64,000 nt of DNA from an uncultured bacterium (lineage in GTDB: Bacteria; Patescibacteriota; Minisyncoccia; Moranbacterales; GWC2-37-73), in NCBI GenBank assembly GCA_903851135.1, contig CAINNK010000021.1, positions 441 through 64,440 on the forward strand. Reading direction: 5' to 3'. The translations under genes were made by a program, and so were the position numbers. Below the pieces are notes generated by a model. The model searched no databases. It was not told the DNA's origin and saw nothing but the letters and a program-made list of their open reading frames with translations. Each line of letters starts with the position of its first letter. Within the stretch, counting starts at the first letter, position 1. This document shows positions 1-8,834 of the stretch, one piece after another.

Positions 1-2589
1 CCCTGAATAATTCTCTCTATTTTAATAGTTTTCGCAAATTCAGCAATAAAAGAGCCGAGCTCTTTTTTGAGTTGAGACTTGAAAGGAATTGAGTAACCAG
101 TGTCAGCTTCAATGTTGTCAACCACCAAGATTGGACCTTCACTGTTTTCATTTTTCCCGACAAAACACCAGGCCACCGCAACTGGCTTTTTTCTTTTTTC
201 ATCATACACAACAATGTTGTGCATTCCAAGATCAGTAACATAGTCCGCAATCGGAGATTCTGCTCCATGCGTGTCGTTATCAATTTTAATACAACACGGG
301 CAGTCATTTCCAAGATACAAATCCGTGTCAGGATTTCGCGGGGCAATTGCAATTCGCATAGGAGTCTTCTCCAGCGAACTTGCATCGTTTTTGAATAAAC
401 TTTGAATGGTGCTCAAGTCTGCATGATAGTGATCCAAATCCATTCCGACTGACATATTTATTTCTTGCATTATTGAATCTGATTGATCCTTTCCAAAAGT
501 TTTTCCCAACAAATCAGTAGATATTACCCGAAAACCAGAAAGCAACTCATCTAAATCAACAATTTTATTTTTTATTTTAAATTCTTGCTGTTTAATTTTT
601 TCTTTTAAATCAATCTGCTTCTTTCGATCAGCTCCTGTATTTTTTTGCTCTTCTTCCAAAGAGCAAAGCTCATCGTATAGTCCAGACAAATCTTTGCTAA
701 TAATTTTGACATTGTTCATTTCTCCAACCAATTTATTCCAAACAGTCATTGGCTTAAGTTGTTCTAACTGCTTTTCAAGATTAGCAACGCCTTTTTGAAT
801 TCCTTCAATTTTTCTGGTATCACTATTTTGTTGAGCCTCAACCATTTGAACTCGCATTTTTTCAAGTTTCTCAAACAACTCAGCCTTTTTCTCTGAAGGC
901 GTTTCAACTCCAGCCAAATCTTTTCTGTAAAATGCTAAAACAGAATTAGCTTTTGAAAGATAATTTCCAATTGATTCATCAATGCGCTTGATTGGACTTT
1001 GAATTTGTTCGGAAAACAAAGTGTCGTCTTCCTTTCCGAGATCAAAATGTTTTTCAGTAGAATACGCCAACCATTGACGAATATCAACGCCTTCTTTCCC
1101 AATTTTAACTAAAATATTCTTATTGTTTCCGAATTCAATCAAGCGTTTTTGCATGAGCATCCTGAATTCAAAAGAGTTGCAATCAATATTGGGATATTTG
1201 TTTTTGATTTCAGCTTTAAAATCATACAAAGTCTTGATATTTTTTTGGGAAATATTGTCAAATTCTTGGAACTTAAACAAGAGCTTCATTCCATGCCGTT
1301 TGTTTTCAACTAAAGCGCCAAGCAAAAAATGGTTTTCTTCCAAAATATCAAACAAGCTCTCTGGATTATAATTGAAACTGGCAAGTTGCATGAAAATATC
1401 AATGCTCCTGAAATTAATATTCAGTTCGGCATATTCAGTTTCCAGTCTTTCGATGATTCTGGCTGTTTCAGGCAGACAGGAGCACAGTTCATCAAAATCG
1501 ATTTTCACATGGAATGTATCGCTGATTTGAATAGCACGCCCCACATCCACCTCTTTCAATTTTGAAATGAAAACTTCCTTAACTGCTTCTCGAATAAGCT
1601 TATTCTGCAAATTAAATTTATCTTTTATTAAAATAGCATACTCCATACTGCTATCTTCGTCAGAATATTCTTCATCACCCATTTCCTCATGATATGTTTC
1701 CTCCAAATTACGGATAAAAGCTTTTAGCGCTTGTGCTTGAATAAACTCATCTGACAAATTAAAACTATTTTTGATTTCAAGGGCCGCATCAATGCCATTA
1801 TTATAGCTCAATTGGCGAATAAAACCCTCCTGAGGGCCAACTTGCGCTTCTACTCCCTGAAATACTTCATCTGGTAAATTAAATTTGTCTTTTTCTCTTT
1901 TAATGTAATTCACAAAGTTTATATCTCCTTGTTCCAATTTACGAATATAAACTTTTTTGACTTCCTCTTGAAAAAACTCATCTGACAAATGAAACAGATT
2001 CTTTATTTCAAAAGCAGTCTCTGTGCCATAATCTTGCAATTCATGAATGCAACCCTTTTTGGCTGCGGGTTGAAATGATTCTTCTTGAAATAATTCATCT
2101 GGCAAATTAAATTCGTCCTTAGTAGCCATAGCTAAGTGAAATTCCCCCCTCTCCCAAATATGCAGCAAAAGCTTTTCTGGCCACTTCCTGAACAAATTCA
2201 GCTGGCAAATTAAATGCATTTTTTATTTCAAGAGCGCGATAAATGGAATCGAAGTTTTCACTGCTATTTTCAGATGGATCATTATAGCAATTATATTGAT
2301 ATTGCAATAAAGATATAAAAACCTTTTCGACTTCTTCTTGAATGATTTCAGCTGGTAAATGATAATTTTCAATACGCCTAACAATAGAGTCCATGTCTGA
2401 ATGCAAAGATTCCAAGCTCTCAAAAAAATTATATCTCCTGCCATCGATTAATTTATCTTCATTCTCATATTCCTCACTGCTCAAATCCCCGAGATCTTCG
2501 GCTTGTCCCTTTTTCTCAAGTGCATTTTTTTGAATTTCAAAAGCCTCATTATGGGCATTTTCAAATGAATCCTTTTCCATTTTTTCCAT
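1..2589 (-). pseudogene. Large helical-repeat protein split by a frameshift at a G6 tract (2144-2149); runs off the left edge
   Basis: ORF 2119-2589 stops just after GGGGGG. Another frame (ATG at 2129) is open to position 1 and continues the same A-x-x-I-K-x-x-F-x-L-x-x-E repeat. Removing one G fuses them. Confidence 0.8.
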
Positions 2590-2601
2590 ATTTTTACAGA
2601 A

Positions 2602-4455
2602 TTAGCGACGAAATATTTTAGCAATTTTTTCTAATTTTTCTCGAAGAAAATCCATATCAAGCCGATGCTCTTCTTGCGCCTCTTCTTCAGTTATGATATT
2701 GAAGAGCTTCTCCATTTTAATACTAGAACTAAGATTATCATCTTTAATTTCTTTTTTGGTTTGATATTTGACATTATTTCTTTTTTGCTTAAAGGCTCCG
2801 CCAGACTCCAATCGAGACATAACCCTTTTCCACTGATCCAGCGGCTCGAATTCAAGCATCGCAATGATTTCCGTTCTTGGAATTTCAAGTAAGAGCAATG
2901 CTTCAACCTCATCCAAAACTTCTGCAAGAATTTTCTTATATTCAAAATGAGCACGTTCAAAAACAGCATCCGACTCTGCTAAACTATCTTGCTCAAAACT
3001 TGTATGATAATCATTTTTTGCCTCTTCAAGATAATCATAAATTCCACCTTTTGATTTATCTTTCAAAAGAACATTCCGCAAACGTTTAATAGATGACCCA
3101 TCTTTCAAGTATGCAAAAATCTCATCTCTTGCTCTTTTTTTAGCAATTTCCAAATCATTTTCAACTATTGCATTAAGACTTTGAATTTCAATCTCACGCC
3201 GATCAGACAAACTAAGTCCTTTAAAAATAATCGATTCTTCCATCATCTCATCAAGCAACTTCTTTAATGAATGACGCTCCTCATGAATTCTCACTTCCTC
3301 AATCCATTTTTTTGTTTCTTCCCCATTATTATTTTTAACTATGGTTCTTAATCCTCTAGAAGATCCACCAATCAAGACTGATTCTTCCTCTGATTCCCCT
3401 CTCGCCTTCGCAAAATCACCAACATTGTTACAATCTACAAAAAAAGAAACTGGCCCACGATGCACAAACACTTCTCCTTCTGGAACTACTCCGTATAATT
3501 TTTCAAAAAGGCTTTTATCATCTCTGCCTATCTTGAGTTCACCTTGAACATTATCCATTTCTCGATTCCAATCCTCTAACTTACTCAAAAAAGCTTCGTA
3601 TCTCCCCAGCTGAACAGGACTCAATCTCAATTTCTCAGACTTTTTCAAAATGCACTTTCGCAACTGATCTGCCCGCTTCTGGTCATAGGATCCTTTTTTC
3701 AGCAAGATATCTTCCAATTCCGCATGTAATTTCATCCTTCCAACAACTTGAAAGGTGAATTGTTTCTTAAATTCCTCGAGTATTTTTTTCTTTTCCGCAA
3801 TATATTCATCTTGCGAAAGTGTCCTTATTTTTTCTTCTGCAAAAGAAGCAATTTTTTTCACCTCTTGTTCGGGATCAAAATATCCATATGAAACAACGGG
3901 AAGTTTTTGATCTTCTTTATTTTTAAGATATTCCTGCTTTCGCGCAAAGAAATCATCGCGCACTAAATTATCGTTTGATTCTAAAAGCAACGCCTCATAT
4001 ATCAATTCCGCCACATCACCACCATACGGAACAGCATTACAGATAAAATTTATCAACTGCTCCTTGAACTGCACGTGACGATTCTCAGCAGCAAGGGAAA
4101 TGTCGCTTTGATTAGATTGATACATTATTACTGCATCATCAGGTCGAATAAGATTTAAAAGCTCATGAGAGTAGGGATCTTTTCTTATTTCCTCAACTAT
4201 GAGTGGAATACTTTCCTGGGTCTTTAATCTGCATTTTTCGCAATCGTCTTTGTATTTTTTTCTGGATTCTTCTGTGAGAATCGCAGGATCCACTCCTTCA
4301 AGTTGAACGATTGAGTGATGATTTCGTATCAATGGACGAATCAAACTACCCCTCTCCTTATCTGGCATAGAACTAAGGAATTTATGAGGGGGAGTTTCTT
4401 TTGATGTCTCTTTATCAACTCCAATAAATTTATTTTCTAAAGATTTTTCTTTCAT
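2602..4455 (-). CDS. Hypothetical protein with HExxH zinc-metallopeptidase-like motif
   Basis: Long ORF with IHEERH and a downstream DEIFAY. Start moved to ATG 4455 (MKEKSLE) to avoid overlapping porB. Confidence 0.7.
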   Translation of the reverse strand: MKEKSLENKFIGVDKETSKETPPHKFLSSMPDKERGSLIRPLIRNHHSIVQLEGVDPAILTEESRKKYKDDCEKCRLKTQESIPLIVEEIRKDPYSHELLNLIRPDDAVIMYQSNQSDISLAAENRHVQFKEQLINFICNAVPYGGDVAELIYEALLLESNDNLVRDDFFARKQEYLKNKEDQKLPVVSYGYFDPEQEVKKIASFAEEKIRTLSQDEYIAEKKKILEEFKKQFTFQVVGRMKLHAELEDILLKKGSYDQKRADQLRKCILKKSEKLRLSPVQLGRYEAFLSKLEDWNREMDNVQGELKIGRDDKSLFEKLYGVVPEGEVFVHRGPVSFFVDCNNVGDFAKARGESEEESVLIGGSSRGLRTIVKNNNGEETKKWIEEVRIHEERHSLKKLLDEMMEESIIFKGLSLSDRREIEIQSLNAIVENDLEIAKKRARDEIFAYLKDGSSIKRLRNVLLKDKSKGGIYDYLEEAKNDYHTSFEQDSLAESDAVFERAHFEYKKILAEVLDEVEALLLLEIPRTEIIAMLEFEPLDQWKRVMSRLESGGAFKQKRNNVKYQTKKEIKDDNLSSSIKMEKLFNIITEEEAQEEHRLDMDFLREKLEKIAKIFRR

Positions 4456-4468
4456 AAATAGAAACTTC

Positions 4469-5407
4469 TTAGCTAATTTGAGCCCTTTTGGCAAGCTTCT
4501 CGAAATTTTCATCCACTGTCTTTTGAATTTCCTTGATGACTTCAAGATTTTTTTCTTTAAAGAGATGTTTAAAACGTCCTTGGGTTTTCAAAAATTCTTC
4601 AATCGGCTTTATTTGTTTAGGAATATGATTAATCTCATATTTATAATCCTCTCCGCCCAAGGCGGATCCGCCTTGGGCGGAGATTTCAAAAAGTGGCCAA
4701 AAATTGGTTTCAGTGGCAAGTTTTCCAATGTTAACATATTCCGAAGTTGGAAATTTCCAAATTTGGGTGCAAGGTTGCAAAACCAACAAAAAGGATGGAC
4801 CTGGAGTGTTTAAAGCTTTTTGAGCTTTGCGTTTCAGATCCGGCAGATATGCCACATTAGCTTGCGCTAGATATTTGATGCCATGGGCTTTGACAATTTC
4901 CATCATGTCCTTACGCTGCTGCGTTTTGCCAAACGACTGACTGCCAACCGGGGCCGTTTCAGTGTTGGCGCCATATGGGGTTGCGCCACTACGCTGTCCT
5001 CCAGTGTTCATGTAGCCTTCGTTGTCATAACAAACATAAAGAAAATCATGTCCGCGTTCAAGTGCGCCCGAAAGCGCTTGCAAGCCGATGTCATAGGTTC
5101 CCCCATCTCCTCCAAAAGCGATTATCTTGGCAGGATTTTTTAACTTTCCGGATTTTTCCAAAGCTTTTTGCGCCGCATCAATTCCCGCGGCGGTGGCAGC
5201 CGCATTGCCAAAAACGCTGTGAATATAGGGAACTTTCCAAGAGGTTGCCGGATAAATTGTGGTCGTCACTTCCAAGCAACCAGTCGCATTAGAAACAATC
5301 ACTGGTTTATCAGTTGCGCCCAGCACTGTTCGCACAATCGCCGGAATTCCGCAACCCGCGCAAGTTGCATGACCAGAGGAAAATTTCTTGGTAAGATCTT
5401 TATTCAT
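4469..5407 (-). CDS. porB: Pyruvate/2-oxoacid:ferredoxin oxidoreductase beta subunit
   Basis: GHATCAGCG, ATGCLEV, and TPP-binding GGDGGTYDIG...YDNEGYMNTG. Confidence 0.95.
   Translation of the reverse strand: MNKDLTKKFSSGHATCAGCGIPAIVRTVLGATDKPVIVSNATGCLEVTTTIYPATSWKVPYIHSVFGNAAATAAGIDAAQKALEKSGKLKNPAKIIAFGGDGGTYDIGLQALSGALERGHDFLYVCYDNEGYMNTGGQRSGATPYGANTETAPVGSQSFGKTQQRKDMMEIVKAHGIKYLAQANVAYLPDLKRKAQKALNTPGPSFLLVLQPCTQIWKFPTSEYVNIGKLATETNFWPLFEISAQGGSALGGEDYKYEINHIPKQIKPIEEFLKTQGRFKHLFKEKNLEVIKEIQKTVDENFEKLAKRAQIS
4652..4681. repeat. 30-nt double-hairpin palindromic element inserted in frame in porB (encodes SAQGGSALGG)
   Basis: TCCGCCCAAGGCGGA+TCCGCCTTGGGCGGA, within a 34-bp perfect palindrome at 4650-4683. 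Confidence 0.85.
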
Positions 5408-5418
5408 ATTTATATTGC

Positions 5419-5956
5419 TACGGATTAAAACGGATTAATTACAGATATTCACAGATCACAAATTCACACAGATTATAGATTTAATTTTAGTTTAGATATG
5501 AATGGTTTTCTATCATTTGTGCAAATAGATCTTTTTATTTCTAATTCTTGAGTACAAAAATTAACCAAATAACCAATTTCATATTTACTAGCTTTTAAAT
5601 AAGATCTTTGCTGATTAATATCATCGACTCTCGTGAAGCTAGTCGCTTTAATTTCTACTATTATTTTATCTTCCACCAAAATATCTGGGACATATGTGCC
5701 TAATTTTTTTCCTGTTTCTATTGAGTAAATATCGATTCTTTTTTGACTTTCAAATTTTAAATTCTCTTTTTCCAATTCTTCTTCTAGGGCTTTTTGATAA
5801 ATAATTTCTTTTAATCCCTTTCCGTATTTATTTGCAACATTATAAAAACATCCTCGCACTTTGTATGATAATTCTTTTTCCAATAGACCATCCTCGCTCA
5901 TAAAATATGAATCCGTGATTCGTGAACATACGTCACAAATCCGTGAAGATCCGTTT
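5419..5956 (-). mobile_element. GxxExxY cassette bounded by periodic inverted-repeat arms (5419-5474 and 5910-5956)
   Basis: ACGGAT/ACAGAT units on the left and ATCCGT units on the right. It interrupts porA-porB. Confidence 0.65.
5473..5901 (-). CDS. GxxExxY family protein (PD-(D/E)XK nuclease-like)
   Basis: GLKEIIY motif, PD...VEIK, and GYLVNF. Confidence 0.9.
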   Translation of the reverse strand: MSEDGLLEKELSYKVRGCFYNVANKYGKGLKEIIYQKALEEELEKENLKFESQKRIDIYSIETGKKLGTYVPDILVEDKIIVEIKATSFTRVDDINQQRSYLKASKYEIGYLVNFCTQELEIKRSICTNDRKPFISKLKLNL

Positions 5957-7122
5957 TATACTAGGTATTTAACTTTATTATCAATTTCCCCGTCTTCCAA
6001 ATCTTGAAAAACTTTTTCGATGTCCTTTTGCATTGTGTCTCGACCACCGAGCCCATAGATATAGCTAGCAAGGTCTGGCTTGCGACTTGAGCTGTGATAA
6101 AGGCTGCTCACAATATCCTGATAGAGCGGAGGATATGCCCCAAAAGAGATCGCCCGATCGAGCACGGCAATTCTGGAAATGTGCGACAAAGCCTGACCAA
6201 TTTCTTCATAGGGAAAAGGTCGAAACAATTTCACACTCAGCAGACCCACTTTTTTGCCTTGCTGGCGAAGCTTGTCAACCACATCTTTAGCTGTCCCGCC
6301 GGTTGCGCCCATAATCACAATCACGCTCGTGGCATCTTCCAAATGATAAGTTTCAAACATTTCATATTTGCGACCGGAAATTTTGAAAAATTCTCCACAG
6401 ATTTTTTTGTAAGCAGCCTTAGCTTTTTGCATCACTTTTTCCTGATCGATTTTGAATTCAAAAAAAGTATTCTGCAGGGCCAAGGTTCCAAAAGTTGTTG
6501 GGTTTTCAAAATCAGTCAGTGACTGCTGTACTTTCCGTTCGCCCACAAATTTCTTCACGACTTCATCATCCAAAATTTCAATTCTTTCGGTGGTGTGCGA
6601 AGTGTGAAAGCCATCCATAATCGGCATCACTGGAGCATTGATTTCTTCAGCTAGTTTCAGAGCGATAATCGTATCGTCATAAGCATCTTGCACTTGCTCG
6701 GCAAAAATTTGCACCCAACCCAAATCTCTCACGGCCATCACGTCGCCATGTTCACCGTGAATGTTCAGCGGTGCGCTGAGCGCTCGAGAGCTCACACTCA
6801 TCACAATTGGAAGGCCCAGGCCGCTGACCACGGGCAAAGTTTCCGCCATATACAAAATTCCCTGGGAACTGGAAGCAGTCACCGCTCGCGCCCCAGCCGC
6901 ACAGGCTCCAATCGTAGCGCTCATCGCACTATGCTCAGATTCCACCTGCACAATCTCAGTTGCCACCAAGCCATCCGCTTTCATTTTGGCATAAGTTTCG
7001 ATAATGGTGGTTTGCGGCGTAATTGGATAAACCGCCATCACATCCGGCTGGATTTGTCGCCAGGCTTCCGCCACGGCGTAACCACCGGTCAGCGCACGAA
7101 TTTTTGTATTATTTTTTTGCAT
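5956..7122 (-). CDS. porA: Pyruvate/2-oxoacid:ferredoxin oxidoreductase alpha subunit
   Basis: YPITPQT, VESEHSAMS, FRPFP, YGLGGRD. Confidence 0.95.
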   Translation of the reverse strand: MQKNNTKIRALTGGYAVAEAWRQIQPDVMAVYPITPQTTIIETYAKMKADGLVATEIVQVESEHSAMSATIGACAAGARAVTASSSQGILYMAETLPVVSGLGLPIVMSVSSRALSAPLNIHGEHGDVMAVRDLGWVQIFAEQVQDAYDDTIIALKLAEEINAPVMPIMDGFHTSHTTERIEILDDEVVKKFVGERKVQQSLTDFENPTTFGTLALQNTFFEFKIDQEKVMQKAKAAYKKICGEFFKISGRKYEMFETYHLEDATSVIVIMGATGGTAKDVVDKLRQQGKKVGLLSVKLFRPFPYEEIGQALSHISRIAVLDRAISFGAYPPLYQDIVSSLYHSSSRKPDLASYIYGLGGRDTMQKDIEKVFQDLEDGEIDNKVKYLV

Positions 7123-7161
7123 TTTCTTAATTCGTTAATTCATTAATGCGTTAATAAATAA

Positions 7162-7452
7162 TCATTTCTTCATAACAATTGCTTTGACTGGACAGACTTG
7201 GGCGCAAACTCCGCAGCCTTTGCAATATTCATAGTCAATATCCACAATTTCTTTTTCTTTCCCAATTTCGCTGCTTTTAGCGATTTCCTTTTTGCCACGC
7301 TTTCGCATTTCCATCACTGCCTCAGGACAATGCAGCACACAAGTTGTGCAACCGATGCATTTACTTGGGTCAACCTCCGGTTTCAGATATCGCCAGTCAC
7401 CTGTCTTTGGTGCCTTAGCTTGGTCATGTTTTATAATGCCTCCTTTTTCCAT
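7162..7452 (-). CDS. porD: Pyruvate:ferredoxin oxidoreductase delta subunit (2x[4Fe-4S])
   Basis: KTGDWR, CIGCTTCVLHCP, CKGCGVCAQVCP. ATG 7452 chosen because the upstream extension is a repeat element. Confidence 0.92.
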   Translation of the reverse strand: MEKGGIIKHDQAKAPKTGDWRYLKPEVDPSKCIGCTTCVLHCPEAVMEMRKRGKKEIAKSSEIGKEKEIVDIDYEYCKGCGVCAQVCPVKAIVMKK

Positions 7453-7455
7453 AAG

Positions 7456-7547
7456 ATTACTAATTTTCACGAATTTATGACTGATTTTCACGGAGCACAG
7501 ATATCCGTGATCTGCGTCAATCCGTAATCAATCCGTTTTTATCAGTT
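7456..7547. repeat. Empty periodic hairpin of the GxxExxY-flank family
   Basis: TTTTCACG(A/G)A units facing ATCCGT units; fills the porC-porD gap. Confidence 0.75.
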
Positions 7548-7550
7548 TAA

Positions 7551-8123
7551 TTACAATTCATCATATCCCGCTTCCATGGCTTGGATATTCTTCTCCGTTA
7601 AATCCTTGCCAATCTTTTCCAAAAAGACACCACGAAAAACTTCCGCCGCGCTTTCCAGTGAAATAACCTCAGTAACTTTGATTAATTGTCCAACTAAAAC
7701 CATGTTCGGATTTGAAGCGCCTGTGATGCGACTGGCAATCCCATTGGCATCAACCGCATAAATTTTCCCTTTAAAGTGCGGCACATCTTTGCGAATTTCC
7801 TCACCTTCTCTTTTGGAATTGATAATTAAAACCTCATGCTGGTCGAGATTCTTTGACACATCTTGACTGCCGATCACAGTTTCATCCATCACCACCACAG
7901 CATCTGGATCAGTGACAGGCTCTTGCGTGCGAAGTTTTTTGCCTGAAATACGCAAAAACATTTTGGTCGGGGCGCCTGATCTTTCCGGCCCAAAAAAAGG
8001 AAAAGCTTTCACAAATTTTCCTTCCGCCACCGCACCGTGCGCCACCAATTCCGAGGCAGTCTTAGCGCCCTGTCCGCCACGCGCAAAAAAGATTATTTCA
8101 AATGTATCTTTGTTTAATTTCAT
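7551..8123 (-). CDS. porC: Pyruvate:ferredoxin oxidoreductase gamma subunit
   Basis: RGGQGAKTA, FGPERSGAP. Confidence 0.93.
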   Translation of the reverse strand: MKLNKDTFEIIFFARGGQGAKTASELVAHGAVAEGKFVKAFPFFGPERSGAPTKMFLRISGKKLRTQEPVTDPDAVVVMDETVIGSQDVSKNLDQHEVLIINSKREGEEIRKDVPHFKGKIYAVDANGIASRITGASNPNMVLVGQLIKVTEVISLESAAEVFRGVFLEKIGKDLTEKNIQAMEAGYDEL

Positions 8124-8194
8124 TTTTATTTTTCTGAAGCTTTATTATTTTAACTCTTTTCATTCTAACATATTTTGCCAAATCCGACACTGAT

Positions 8195-8551
8195 TCAAAC
8201 AAAAAATTTTTTCACGTCCGGCTTGAAATATCCTTCGCCCTTGACCATTTTGTATTGATGATAGTCTTTGCTCATGTTTGAATTGTGAACTTCTTGGAAA
8301 ATCTCTTCAATCTTATCTTGCAAACCATGTTCCAAAATTGTGCCATAAACTGCATACAAAACATCGCACAATTCTTTTGCCACATTTTCTAAATCATGAG
8401 CTTTGGTGCCCTCAAGATATTCTCTGATTTCACCTTCCATCAAAGAATATCTAAAATCTAGCCTATCTGTCGGAATCAAAGATGGACTTTCCAAGACTGG
8501 AACATTGAATTTCTCGTGAAAAATTTTCACCAATTCCAATTCTTTTTTCAT
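8195..8551 (-). CDS. MazG-like / PRA-PH family nucleotide pyrophosphohydrolase
   Basis: FHEKF, ELCDVLY, EVHNSNMSK. Confidence 0.85.
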   Translation of the reverse strand: MKKELELVKIFHEKFNVPVLESPSLIPTDRLDFRYSLMEGEIREYLEGTKAHDLENVAKELCDVLYAVYGTILEHGLQDKIEEIFQEVHNSNMSKDYHQYKMVKGEGYFKPDVKKFFV

Positions 8552-8570
8552 ATATTTTTTCTATTAATAT

Positions 8571-8723
8571 TAGGACTTGCGCACTTGCTTTTTGAGGACC
8601 ATGTTTGAAGGCGACTGCAACTTTTAATACATAGATATTTGAGTTATGTGCCAAAACCTTCTTTTTGGCACGATCTATAAGCTCCGTAAAGTGGACCGGA
8701 AAAAGGTAAGTGCGTAAGCCTTA
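8571..8723. repeat. Long nested hairpin element, related to 33485-33600
   Basis: Arms TAGGACTTGCGCACTTGCTTTTT / AAAAAGGTAAGTGCGTAAGCCTTA with inner stems. Confidence 0.7.
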
Positions 8724-8764
8724 AACATATTCCAATTTTATACCTTCTGGCTTTCAAAGGCAAC

Positions 8765-8793
8765 AAAAAAAACGAGGCTCCTGCCTCGTTTTT
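8765..8793 (-). terminator. Intrinsic terminator (potentially bidirectional)
   Basis: A8-CGAGGC-tcct-GCCTCG-T5 downstream of the DsbA-like gene. Confidence 0.75.
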
Positions 8794-8834
8794 ATACTAT
8801 TCTTCTATAAGCTAGCGAAGCTAAGGCCTAAAGG

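Noticed and set aside
17-385. 122-aa minus-strand ORF in the track
   Set aside because: Off-frame shadow of the long repeat-protein frame that runs off the window edge.
4456-4545. Extended ORF-track starts (also 7491, 19438, 37922, 43614, 52103, 61272)
   Set aside because: The extensions overlap neighbouring genes, run through repeat elements, or use weak alternative starts; downstream ATGs fit better.
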